A DNA stretch of 64,000 nt from a virus (Duplodnaviria > Caudoviricetes): positions 32,001 through 96,000 of IMG/VR virus record IMGVR_UViG_2654587505_000001; one strand, 5' to 3'. The translations under genes and the position numbers were made by a program. Under the pieces are notes generated by a model. The model searched no databases. It saw nothing but the letters and a program-made list of their open reading frames with translations, and was not told where the DNA came from. Below, piece after piece: positions 1 to 9,416 of the stretch; the first letter of the stretch is position 1; each line of letters starts with the position of its first letter.

Positions 1-1470
1 TGGATAAAATATCAAATCTGCATTTTCATCATTTTCTTTTTTCCTTCTCATATATTCTGTTTCATAGTCCTTACCAAGAATTTCAAATGTAGTTTTATAA
101 CTTGCTCCCAATTTATCAAACACAAAAGTCGCCAAGGAAACCTTTAATTCCTGCTCTAATAATTCTGAATCAATAACTTTAATTTTTGGAGTAAACTTTT
201 CATCGATTCCATGATCAATAAGAAGTCCCTTATACCATTTTTGGAGAATTCTTTCCAGTTGACTACCGATTCGATTTATTACTTTCATTAATTCAGTGAG
301 ATTAATTTTTGCACTACCAAAAGAACCTTTATCAGCACTTAAATAAGCAATACCAACACTGGTCATAATTTCTTCCCTAAAACTTCTCTTAATTTGAACG
401 TTTGTTTGTTCGAGTTTAGGTTCAATAAATTCAATCTTCTCAGTCCAAGGCAAACCTGTATATACAGATACACCATTAGCACTTAGTGCTTGCATTAAAT
501 CAGTATGTGCTTTAGCCTGAGCACTACTCCATGTTATATTCGGCATGTCTTTTGACTGAGTAATTAATTCTTTAACTAATTTTTGAAATATGATTTTTTT
601 TCCGCGCACAAGAGTATTTTTATCATCTGATAATTCAATATTTTCTAAACGAACTACTGATTTCAGAGCTTTAAAAATCGGAGAAAGCCCATATTTTCTT
701 TTGAGATTGTTAATTCTGATCAATCCTGAATTTTCAATCTTCAAAACTGCATACTGTTCTTTATTTTTAAAAGCTTTGTAAACTTCCTCGGGATATGTAT
801 CTCTAATTTCTTCATCCATATTTGCATAGAACAGGGCTTTATTTTTTCTATTTTTACTATAAATTTTTCTTAGTCTTGACTCTAGTTCTTTTATGTTGAT
901 TAAAACATATGGTTCACCATTTACTTCATAGTCAGCAACTTCACATATTCCTAATGGGTAAAAATCCACCTGATAATTATTTCTATCTATGTCTTTTCTT
1001 AAATAAATTGCATAATTACCTTCAAGATAAGTCATAGGGATAGCCTCAATAATTAAACGTTCTATATTAATCTTTTCATTAAAATCTCTTATTAATTTGT
1101 CTACAAATTCAACTATCTCTTTTTCTTCTTCTGTATATTTTGGATGTGCAATTGTCCATTCAGAATTTACGTTTGTTTCAATTGCTTCATACACTTTCCC
1201 TAAAATATCATTTTTATTAACAAAATACCTTACAATATTATTAATTTGTATAATATTGGACAAATTAGTTTGTGCATTTAAAGCAAGTCTGTCAATATCT
1301 TCAATTTTAAAATTGGTTACATTACCAGCATTCTCATTAAAATAAGTAGAATGAAAATTAGATTTATTTGCATACTCAAACATTGCTTGTTCAAGTGCTT
1401 TTTTTTCATTATTGTAAGTTGTTATTAAAAATGTATCTTGATCTATTTGACTTAAAATTTTATCAGGCAA
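1..1470 (-). CDS. Phage portal protein (SPbeta YonE-like), runs off the window edge
   Basis: Not in ORF track. TTG at 1470 after RBS GAGAGGTG; frame appears open to position 1 (~490 codons); directly downstream of the terminase, as in SPbeta yonF-yonE order. Confidence 0.7.
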   Translation of the reverse strand, partial: MPDKILSQIDQDTFLITTYNNEKKALEQAMFEYANKSNFHSTYFNENAGNVTNFKIEDIDRLALNAQTNLSNIIQINNIVRYFVNKNDILGKVYEAIETNVNSEWTIAHPKYTEEEKEIVEFVDKLIRDFNEKINIERLIIEAIPMTYLEGNYAIYLRKDIDRNNYQVDFYPLGICEVADYEVNGEPYVLINIKELESRLRKIYSKNRKNKALFYANMDEEIRDTYPEEVYKAFKNKEQYAVLKIENSGLIRINNLKRKYGLSPIFKALKSVVRLENIELSDDKNTLVRGKKIIFQKLVKELITQSKDMPNITWSSAQAKAHTDLMQALSANGVSVYTGLPWTEKIEFIEPKLEQTNVQIKRSFREEIMTSVGIAYLSADKGSFGSAKINLTELMKVINRIGSQLERILQKWYKGLLIDHGIDEKFTPKIKVIDSELLEQELKVSLATFVFDKLGASYKTTFEILGKDYETEYMRRKKENDENADLIFYP

Positions 1471-1505
1471 ATACTTTTCACCTCTCTTTCGTATATATTA
1501 CAGTT

Positions 1506-3347
1506 TTATAGTCTGATATTCAAAGAAGAAACCTGAGTTGGAAGTTTAGATAAATCAACTTCATCTCTTTTTGATTCCAATTCTTTTTCTTTTATGCTAA
1601 TAAAGTAGTTTCCATAAGCTAAAGAAGCATAACGATCCTTTCTTTTCCCAGACTGTTCTTTTAGTTTTACAAATTTTGGATGTTCTATCCTCTCAAGAAG
1701 AACCATTTCATTTTCCAATAACACAGTTTGAAGATATGGATTTAATAATTCAATCTGCTCTTCCACACTAAGTTTATTAAACCAAGGTTCGCTTGTAAAA
1801 TACTCTCTAATATCATTTCTTGAAACTAAAAAATTAATTCTTTTATTTATAATTTTGTCTTTTAAATCTAGTGCAATATCATGGTTAAATTCTTCTGAAG
1901 GAGAAACAGTATATATTTTTTCTTCGTATTCATCTTCTGTATGAAAAGCTGATAATTTTATATCATCTTTTTCATTCATTGAATAAAATGGCATATATTC
2001 CTTTTTTCTTTCTTCATCATACTGTTTTCTGCATAGATAACCATATACACTTATACCATTACCCTGTCTATCTAATACAATATAATCACACTCAAAGTCT
2101 TCAAATAGTCTTCTTATAATAAAAGACTGTGTTTCAGGATGAAGTCCTTGATGCGATTCAATATTCAATATTTCTCTTTTATATCTTGTACCATTTTTAT
2201 TTTTTTTAGCTGAGATTAAAGTGAAAACAGAGGAGTCATTAGCGTCTCCACCTAATAGTGCAATGTCACAACTGAGTACGCGTATTTCATTCTCTTCTTT
2301 CTTACGTATCATGTTTTTATTTTTAATAAGAAATTGCACTTCTTTTTTGTATACAGGAAATTGCAATACTTTTACTTCTTGTATCTCTTCGGTTTTGAAA
2401 TATGCTTTTTCGCTTTCTCCAAAGAATAGGCAGTCCATTTCCATGAGCCACCCAATCTCGTCTAGATCATCTTCTGATAATTCATCAAGTAACTGTTCTC
2501 TGTTAGTCAAATTTTCCTTGATAGCTATTTGATAAGGTAGACCACAAATAAAATATTTCTTACCTTCTAACATGGCTTTAATAAATACTTTATATCTCTC
2601 ATATGACCAGTTAAATTTGTAGTAGCAAGATGTTAGAAAAATCTCTTTATTTCTTTCTAAATATTCTTGTTTATTTTTATATTCTGGTTTTTCCAAAAAT
2701 CCGGGTTGCCTTGAAGCTGCCAAAAACCTTCTAAGCACATTCTTGTATATTTTGGGGTCAATCATTCGAAACTCATCAAGTATTAAAATGTTTGCTCTTG
2801 CAGATCTAGCTCCCTGTGTTGAGGCAACTACTTTTATCCAAGAACCATTTAGAAACTCAACATTAGGATCATCGGTATTCATTGAAGTTCTAATCGAACC
2901 TTTAATTTCACGTTTCAACATCCCTGTTTTTGATTGATTAATCAACTCTGGAATTTTTTCAGTAACAATCTTCATGCCTTGTGATTTTTGTCCGGCAGCA
3001 ATTACAACCTTAGTTCCCGGAAAGAGTATGCACATTATTACGCAAAAAAGGGCTGTTAAATAACTCTTACCTAAGCCCCTACTGGCAAAGAATGCTGTGT
3101 AATTGTATACAATCATGCAATATAGCAATATTTTTTGAAAAGGTTTAAGAGATAGTCCTAAATATTCTTCAGCAAAAATATCGGGTCTAGAACGGTAAAA
3201 TGCTGCCCACTCTGCAATACCATTCATTAATTTCTGAGATTTAGTTAGATTATCTGATCCTTTATTAAAATTCCTTCCTTTGTCAAATACACCCACAGCC
3301 TTTGTTTGTTTATTCCGTTTAACCTGAAAATGAGGATAACTAGCCAT
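1506..3347 (-). CDS. Terminase large subunit (SPbeta YonF-like)
   Basis: Walker A ASRGLGKS, Walker B LILDEF, C-terminal RNase H-like nuclease motifs (CDIAL..., KDRYASLAY). Confidence 0.9.
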   Translation of the reverse strand: MASYPHFQVKRNKQTKAVGVFDKGRNFNKGSDNLTKSQKLMNGIAEWAAFYRSRPDIFAEEYLGLSLKPFQKILLYCMIVYNYTAFFASRGLGKSYLTALFCVIMCILFPGTKVVIAAGQKSQGMKIVTEKIPELINQSKTGMLKREIKGSIRTSMNTDDPNVEFLNGSWIKVVASTQGARSARANILILDEFRMIDPKIYKNVLRRFLAASRQPGFLEKPEYKNKQEYLERNKEIFLTSCYYKFNWSYERYKVFIKAMLEGKKYFICGLPYQIAIKENLTNREQLLDELSEDDLDEIGWLMEMDCLFFGESEKAYFKTEEIQEVKVLQFPVYKKEVQFLIKNKNMIRKKEENEIRVLSCDIALLGGDANDSSVFTLISAKKNKNGTRYKREILNIESHQGLHPETQSFIIRRLFEDFECDYIVLDRQGNGISVYGYLCRKQYDEERKKEYMPFYSMNEKDDIKLSAFHTEDEYEEKIYTVSPSEEFNHDIALDLKDKIINKRINFLVSRNDIREYFTSEPWFNKLSVEEQIELLNPYLQTVLLENEMVLLERIEHPKFVKLKEQSGKRKDRYASLAYGNYFISIKEKELESKRDEVDLSKLPTQVSSLNIRL

Positions 3348-3349
3348 TT

Positions 3350-4279
3350 CTAATCATCCTCATACTCATCATTTTTATTTAATTCATTAAAGTCGATAGT
3401 GTATTCAGACAAAGCTTTATCATATTTTTCAGTCATTTCATTATTTAAACCTTCCATTTTTGCTAAATGACCAATCATAAACGTGTCAATATAATTTTTC
3501 ATTTCATCATCCAAACCTTTTGGAATAGGTCTATCATTTTCCCATTTCTTAACTAGGACTCCAAATGATAATTGATCATTTGCATCTGCTCCAGTTGCTT
3601 GAATTGGTTTCATTTTTGCATCATTCATAAGGTCACTTCTAGTTTTAATTAAATTACCAATTTCTTTACTACCTTTTTTGTTTTGTCTTAACTTTTCTAT
3701 ATCTAAATTGATAAAACATATATCACGCATAATCATTTCCATTCCATAGTCTGGACACTCAAAGCTAGACATTAATTTAATTTTTTCTTCTTCCAAATAC
3801 CGATAATCTTCGTCGGAGTATCCTCTTCCCCAATATTCTATTAATTCTGATAAATCATCTTCATGAAGTGTAATTTCATCAAAAGAATTATTATCGGTAT
3901 CTGATATACTATTACTATTTAAAAATATACTATCCTTAAATGTTAATTCTTTATACTGCTTCATTGAAGATAAAGTAGGAATATATCTTTGCCATTCTTC
4001 TCCACGCTGTTTCCATAAGTCAGCTAAGAATGGCTTATCTAGAAGTGCTAACATAGAATAAACTCTATGTAAGTATCCTTCCGAACCTTTTTCACCAATA
4101 TAGCTATTAGTACATTCCTTGCATACTTCGAATTTATCCCAATTAAATAATGGATGCCCATTCATATAATAATTAACCGATGTGGATGCCTTTAATTTTC
4201 CACAATTTTGACATTTAATTTTTTCTACGGTATCTTTTTCGTCTTTTTTTCGTACGACCATAACTTCACCTTCTCCCAT
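3350..4279 (-). CDS. YonG-like protein, possible terminase small subunit
   Basis: 309 aa, N-terminal CxxC...CxxC, immediately upstream of the terminase; size and position match SPbeta yonG. Confidence 0.55.
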   Translation of the reverse strand: MGEGEVMVVRKKDEKDTVEKIKCQNCGKLKASTSVNYYMNGHPLFNWDKFEVCKECTNSYIGEKGSEGYLHRVYSMLALLDKPFLADLWKQRGEEWQRYIPTLSSMKQYKELTFKDSIFLNSNSISDTDNNSFDEITLHEDDLSELIEYWGRGYSDEDYRYLEEEKIKLMSSFECPDYGMEMIMRDICFINLDIEKLRQNKKGSKEIGNLIKTRSDLMNDAKMKPIQATGADANDQLSFGVLVKKWENDRPIPKGLDDEMKNYIDTFMIGHLAKMEGLNNEMTEKYDKALSEYTIDFNELNKNDEYEDD

Positions 4280-4390
4280 TTTTTTATTTAAGATTCGGTG
4301 GACAGGAACTCTCAGGGAGAATCAAGCCCACCATTACACATCCTTCAAGCAGAATGCTTCCACCGAAAATTGCTTGCACATAAGTGCAAA

Positions 4391-4422
4391 CAAAAAGACA
4401 CCTCAATTCTTACTGAGATGTC
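4391..4422 (-). terminator. Intrinsic terminator after clpP
   Basis: Minus strand GGACATCTCAG-loop-TGAGGTGTC followed by TTTTT. Confidence 0.6.
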
Positions 4423-4466
4423 CTATCTTTGCACTTAAAGTATTATAATAAAATGAAAATTTTATC

Positions 4467-5072
4467 TTAAATAATCTCGTCAATAACTCCCCATTCAAGA
4501 GCACTAGAAGCTGTTAACCACCATTCACGATCTTTCATATCTTCATATTTTTCTTCCGTGATTTTAGTGTTCCGAATAATAAAATCTTTAACTTGTTGAT
4601 CTTTTTCTTCTTGAAACTTTACATGGTCTTTAACCTTGTTTGAGCTACCAAAAAGAACTGTACTTCCATCATGAAAAAGTACATTTGAAAATTCATATGC
4701 TCGTCTACGCCCATGTTTAGCACCTGATACAAGCAATAAAGCTCCCATAGAAGCAGCATTACCAATTACTGTAATAGTGATTGGGGTTTCAGATTTCTCT
4801 ATAACTGAACATAATGCCATTCCTAAATATACGTCACCACCGGGACTATTGAGAATAATTTCAATCTCTTTTCGCTCATTCACAGGAATATCTTTATCTT
4901 CACGATTCCATTTAATAATTTGATATGCAACACGTTCAAGCAGATAGTCATCGACCTCACTATTAAGGATAATCTCACGGTTTTCTAGTGCTTTAAAATA
5001 TGTATATTCTTCAAAATCTAAAACAGAGTAGGGTAGTTTATTAGTTTCCTTTGAGTTTTCACAATTGCACAT
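4467..5072 (-). CDS. clpP: ClpP-family serine protease
   Basis: ILNSPGGDV, GNAASMG (catalytic Ser), LFHDG (His), LTASSALEWGVIDEII. Confidence 0.85.
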   Translation of the reverse strand: MCNCENSKETNKLPYSVLDFEEYTYFKALENREIILNSEVDDYLLERVAYQIIKWNREDKDIPVNERKEIEIILNSPGGDVYLGMALCSVIEKSETPITITVIGNAASMGALLLVSGAKHGRRRAYEFSNVLFHDGSTVLFGSSNKVKDHVKFQEEKDQQVKDFIIRNTKITEEKYEDMKDREWWLTASSALEWGVIDEII

Positions 5073-5135
5073 GTTTACATTCCTCCAAATTCTTTTTATG
5101 GAGGCATTGGCCTACTCTTTATGGTAAGAGTGTGC

Positions 5136-5396
5136 TTACCTATTTTCATCTTTAGTTGATTCAAGAATGCTTGCTTTTAGTTGTATATCACGTATTAACA
5201 CTTCTCGAAGAGTACTAGTTCTAACATCTTTATAAAACATTTTAAAAAGCGACCTAAACTCACTCATCTTTCGGCAACCTTTTAGTGTATCAAGATAATC
5301 TTCAATTAAGTTTTCCTCAGCTAGTTCTGGATCATCTAAAATGATAACGTTAATTGGGATGTCATGATCATATAATTTCATTATTAGCGCATCCAT
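5136..5396 (-). CDS. Hypothetical protein
   Basis: 86-aa ORF abutting the yonJ-like gene. Confidence 0.6.
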   Translation of the reverse strand: MDALIMKLYDHDIPINVIILDDPELAEENLIEDYLDTLKGCRKMSEFRSLFKMFYKDVRTSTLREVLIRDIQLKASILESTKDENR

Positions 5397-5397
5397 T

Positions 5398-6585
5398 TCA
5401 ATTTAAATAAATATCAACAGTGTATTTAATCCGATCATTATCATCAAATATGTGCATTTTTTGCATTGGTTCAGCATAAAAACGCTTTGATAAAGCATAG
5501 TCATCAATGCCCATCAAACTTCCGTTCGAGATAACTTTGGTTCGACCATATTCTTTTACAGTGTCATGATGGATATGACCACAGAAAACATAACGAGGTA
5601 CGATACCCAAAATTTGAGGTAAAGATTTAGCCACACTCGATACATGGTCTAAATCACCATGAACATAAACATGAGATTGTTCAAATGTTTCATCTATAAA
5701 ATATCCATCCGTATCTTTATAGATATCTACATTTTTAAAATCTTTAAGTCTAGTTTCTAAATACCAAGGAATAAGATTTTCTAAATTTTCTGTAAAAATA
5801 GATTGTGTTTTATCAGAGATTAGTCTTGCATGGTTTCCAATTATATTAATGAAACGAACAAATCTAAAGTGTTTTGAAATTTCAGCTATTGATTCTGCCA
5901 TATATTCAGAAACTATCTGGATTTGTTTAATCACATCTTCACTAGACTGCACCCTTGTTGAAACATGAATTGCTCCTGAAATAAAATCTCCTAAAGCACC
6001 AATTGTCAATGTGTCAACATTATTCTTCTTTCCTTCTGAGATAATTTCAGAAACAAGAATCTGCAATCTTTGTTTAAATACATCGATGTTGTACCGATTC
6101 AAACTATTAGAAAAATCGGCCCCAACATGCCAGTCACTCCAAAGTACATTTGCTCGAACATTTGACAGAGTGGTGGGCGGTTGAATGAATGTTAATGGCT
6201 TTTGTTTAGAAATATCAATTATTGATTTATGTATTTCTTCTTTTAAGTGCTCAAATCTAGCTTGTTGTCTGATTAAATTTGTAAATTCTCGTTTCTGGTC
6301 TTGAAATTTAAATTTCTCTTTTTGAAAAGCAATTGTTTTTTCTTCAATTTCATTTAATATTTCATTGTCGGTAACTTTACGCTCAACAGCAAGATTGTAC
6401 CCACGTTTTAGAATGTGATATTCTTTTCTCCATTTTGATTCTCCAAAGTCTTCGTCAACTGCTTCATTCATGTATTGACGAATAGTTAACCAATCAAGAT
6501 TGTATAGTTCCTTATTGTCGCCAAGTCTAAGTAGATATTCATCTATAGATTCTGATTCTTTACGTTTCAAATCGGAATGATCCAT
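5398..6585 (-). CDS. Calcineurin-like metallophosphoesterase (YonJ-like)
   Basis: SDWH, LGD, GNH, VHGD, GHIH motifs. Confidence 0.8.
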   Translation of the reverse strand: MDHSDLKRKESESIDEYLLRLGDNKELYNLDWLTIRQYMNEAVDEDFGESKWRKEYHILKRGYNLAVERKVTDNEILNEIEEKTIAFQKEKFKFQDQKREFTNLIRQQARFEHLKEEIHKSIIDISKQKPLTFIQPPTTLSNVRANVLWSDWHVGADFSNSLNRYNIDVFKQRLQILVSEIISEGKKNNVDTLTIGALGDFISGAIHVSTRVQSSEDVIKQIQIVSEYMAESIAEISKHFRFVRFINIIGNHARLISDKTQSIFTENLENLIPWYLETRLKDFKNVDIYKDTDGYFIDETFEQSHVYVHGDLDHVSSVAKSLPQILGIVPRYVFCGHIHHDTVKEYGRTKVISNGSLMGIDDYALSKRFYAEPMQKMHIFDDNDRIKYTVDIYLN

Positions 6586-6589
6586 TCAA

Positions 6590-6787
6590 TCACTCCTCGC
6601 CTTCAGTTTCTTTCGGCTGAACTGGATTCTCTTCTTTAATAGTCAAAGAAACTTGCTTACCATCATATTCTTTCAAAGCAGCAAGCAAATCATAAACGAA
6701 AATTCCATTTTTATCCTCTTCTGTAATTTCCATTGTTTCAATTTCTAATAATCCTTTGAAAGCAATAGAGTTATTTTTCTTTGCCAT
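6590..6787 (-). CDS. YonK-like small protein
   Basis: MAKK..S...KGLL...MEITE..K....YDL...L.EYDGK.VSLTIKEE pattern; adjacent to the yonJ-like gene. Confidence 0.65.
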   Translation of the reverse strand: MAKKNNSIAFKGLLEIETMEITEEDKNGIFVYDLLAALKEYDGKQVSLTIKEENPVQPKETEGEE

Positions 6788-6817
6788 TTGCAAAACTCTC
6801 CCTTAATATTTTTTATT

Positions 6818-8065
6818 TCAATCCAATAAGTCTGCTAATTTTGCAGTCTCCGACCTCTCAGTTTTATCAAGTGTTACTTGACCATATAACTTTTGCCCTT
6901 TCAACATTTTTAAAGCATTAACACCATTATTTACTTTAAATTTATCATGGTCAATTTGCCTTGTGTCACCATTGAGCCAAATCATACTATCTGATCCGAT
7001 ACGCCCTAATAGTAATTGAATATGTTCTTTTGTATTATTTTCACATTCGGAAACATATACTAACGATCTCTTAATATCTCTGCCGCGCATAAATCCAAGA
7101 TGCTGAATTTCAATTTTGCCTTTATCTAAGAAAGAACTTAATCCATCTAATCCTCCAAGGTGGTCAGCAAGAGGCATGGCAAAAGGCATAAGTTTACTTT
7201 CCATGTCGGAAGGTAAAAATCCAATTGGATTACTATCCTTTACTTCAACGTTATTTCGAACCCAAACAATCTTATCAATCTTCTGATGCATCAGCATGTC
7301 AATAGCATGAGAAATCATAAGAAAGTCTTTTCCTACCCCGAATGAGCCGAAGCCAGCCTTTACGGTTGTATTTTTATCTTGAAGCAAGTCAAACATTAAC
7401 TCTTGTTTAATATTTAAAGGTTTGATTGTTCCTAAAAACATATTTTCTATTTTCTTGAATTTAAGTTTTTGAAGTTTTTCTCCATTGAATTTAAATTTAT
7501 CAATTACTTCATAACCTTTTAGATTACCAACTTCATCATATGTTGGTTTAGATTTATCCCAAACAATTAAATATTGATTTATGTATAAGTTTAAAAAGTT
7601 GTCTTCATTTTCATAAATTTTAGCAAGTGTTTCATTGTCGCTTTCCAATCTAGTGTCAATAAAAATTTCTTTGATTCCTTTATAATCACTGTCAATAACT
7701 TCATTATTTTCAGTTTCAAACACTTCAATATCTTGTGCTTGTGCTTTTAATTGAATTAAAAAATCTCCTGTTATAAGAATGGCATTATGCTCTTTTGCAC
7801 ATTCCACTATGCAATCATCATTGTTTCCTGTAATAATAGATGGATGAAATTTATTAAACTTATGATCATAGGAAATGTTTGCAAGTGATTTCAGCTTTCT
7901 AACTGCCTGTCTAGCTCTATAGGCAGTTTCATTTGAACCCATTTTTAATCTATCGAGTTCATGAAGAACAATCTCAGGGATTATTTTTTCTCCATCTAAG
8001 TCTAATAAGTGAAGATCTGACAACAAAGCATTTGTGTCATAAACATAAACTTTTTTCATAGGCAA
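6818..8065 (-). CDS. PIN-PhoH protein (PhoH2/YlaK-like)
   Basis: PIN domain (VYDTNALL, VLHELD, NDD, LITGD) plus PhoH ATPase (GxxGVGK, IGFLP, FMRGR, LLGRIG, NGDTRQID, ERS). Confidence 0.85.
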   Translation of the reverse strand: MPMKKVYVYDTNALLSDLHLLDLDGEKIIPEIVLHELDRLKMGSNETAYRARQAVRKLKSLANISYDHKFNKFHPSIITGNNDDCIVECAKEHNAILITGDFLIQLKAQAQDIEVFETENNEVIDSDYKGIKEIFIDTRLESDNETLAKIYENEDNFLNLYINQYLIVWDKSKPTYDEVGNLKGYEVIDKFKFNGEKLQKLKFKKIENMFLGTIKPLNIKQELMFDLLQDKNTTVKAGFGSFGVGKDFLMISHAIDMLMHQKIDKIVWVRNNVEVKDSNPIGFLPSDMESKLMPFAMPLADHLGGLDGLSSFLDKGKIEIQHLGFMRGRDIKRSLVYVSECENNTKEHIQLLLGRIGSDSMIWLNGDTRQIDHDKFKVNNGVNALKMLKGQKLYGQVTLDKTERSETAKLADLLD

Positions 8066-8169
8066 ATTTACCTTTCACGGTAGAATGGGGAAGAGGTATA
8101 GTCTACAAAGACTACACCTCTTGCGTATGATATATGAATTTTATGAGTATGTGAGTTTATTTATATGTA

Positions 8170-8496
8170 TTATTTACCTGCAACAGTATCTTTTAGTCCT
8201 TTTGCAGGTTTAAATGCAGGAACTTTTGAAGACTCAATACGAATCTTTGCTTGTTCTTTTGTTTGTTCTTCAGGGATACCTTGTTTCTTCAATTCGTCAA
8301 GAAGTTTAAGATTATACCCATCACGAGCAGCGCGTTCACGCACTTCAAACGATCCGAAACCTACCAGTTGAACTTTTTCTCCGCTTGCAAGTGCTTCTGT
8401 GATTACTTCAAGAGTTGCTTCGATTACTGTTGTTGCATCTTTTTTAGAAAATCCTGTTTTACCTGCTACTGCATTAATCATATCTGTTTTGTTCAT
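8170..8496 (-). CDS. HU/HBsu-like DNA-binding protein (YonN-like) with arm insertion
   Basis: MNKTDMINAVA...GEKVQLVGFGSFEVRERAAR...KVPAFKPAKGLKD; ATG 8496 follows RBS AAGGGAG. Confidence 0.9.
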   Translation of the reverse strand: MNKTDMINAVAGKTGFSKKDATTVIEATLEVITEALASGEKVQLVGFGSFEVRERAARDGYNLKLLDELKKQGIPEEQTKEQAKIRIESSKVPAFKPAKGLKDTVAGK

Positions 8497-8648
8497 TTTT
8501 ACATTTCTCCCTTTTGGATTATAGTTTATTTTTTGAAAAGATAGAATAGGAAAAATACTTATATATTCTATCCATAATAGAAAAATCAAGGCGAAACGCT
8601 GAAATCCTTGTGGCTGTAGGGGAAAAGGTACTTTTAAAAATGGTAAAG

Positions 8649-9416
8649 TTATTTATTTTTGTTTTTATGATAGTATCTTAGTGCCTTTTCTCTGTTCTGT
8701 TGTTCTCTGCGATCCTTCCAACACTCACGGCACATCTTATGATTCTTACCAGATGGTTTAATTGGCCTATTACATTTTTCACAATTGCCTATTTTTTCAC
8801 CTTTCCATTTTAAATATTGATACACAAAATCTCTGAAATCATCCAATTTAATCTCCACTTCGCTGTTTTCATCTGCAAAACACACTTTTCTATTCGTAGA
8901 ATTCTTTCTTTTTGACTTTTCAATTAATCCTAAATTAATCAAATCATTAATCATTAGTCTTTGTTGATGAGTTGAAGTATTTATCTTACTATCATCAAAT
9001 ATGTCTTTTCTACTTGCGTTAACCCAATTGCTATTATTACCATTCATTTGATTATAAATTTTACTGTACACTAATAAAACAAATGCGAGTTTTTCTAGAT
9101 TTAGATTGTTTATATTTTGAATCGTTTTTAATTCATTTATTGTTATATTGACATAATCTATTTCTAATAATTTATGTTCTAACTTTTCTTCTTTTTTAAC
9201 TAATTTATCAAGAAGATCGTTCCATTTAACCGAATTAAATCTCTTGTAATTATTTTTCATAAATTCTTCTATTGAATTTCTTACTTGTTCTTTATTCATT
9301 CCCATATTGTAATAATATTTTATTAGTATTTTTATGGTATTTGTTGGTTTCTTATCTATATAACCTTCATTTAATGCTTTGTACGCCGCTTCTTTTTCAT
9401 TTAAAATGAGATTCAT
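8649..9416 (-). CDS. Hypothetical protein with C-terminal Zn finger
   Basis: 255 aa; CEKC...MCREC; overlaps the RNA polymerase stop. Confidence 0.65.
   Translation of the reverse strand: MNLILNEKEAAYKALNEGYIDKKPTNTIKILIKYYYNMGMNKEQVRNSIEEFMKNNYKRFNSVKWNDLLDKLVKKEEKLEHKLLEIDYVNITINELKTIQNINNLNLEKLAFVLLVYSKIYNQMNGNNSNWVNASRKDIFDDSKINTSTHQQRLMINDLINLGLIEKSKRKNSTNRKVCFADENSEVEIKLDDFRDFVYQYLKWKGEKIGNCEKCNRPIKPSGKNHKMCRECWKDRREQQNREKALRYYHKNKNK

Noticed and set aside
590-2937. Plus-strand ORFs at 590, 1097, 2221 and 2743
   Set aside because: Antisense shadows of the portal and terminase genes, with no RBS
8497-8589. 31-aa N-terminal extension of HU
   Set aside because: The RBS and HU homology support the start at 8496
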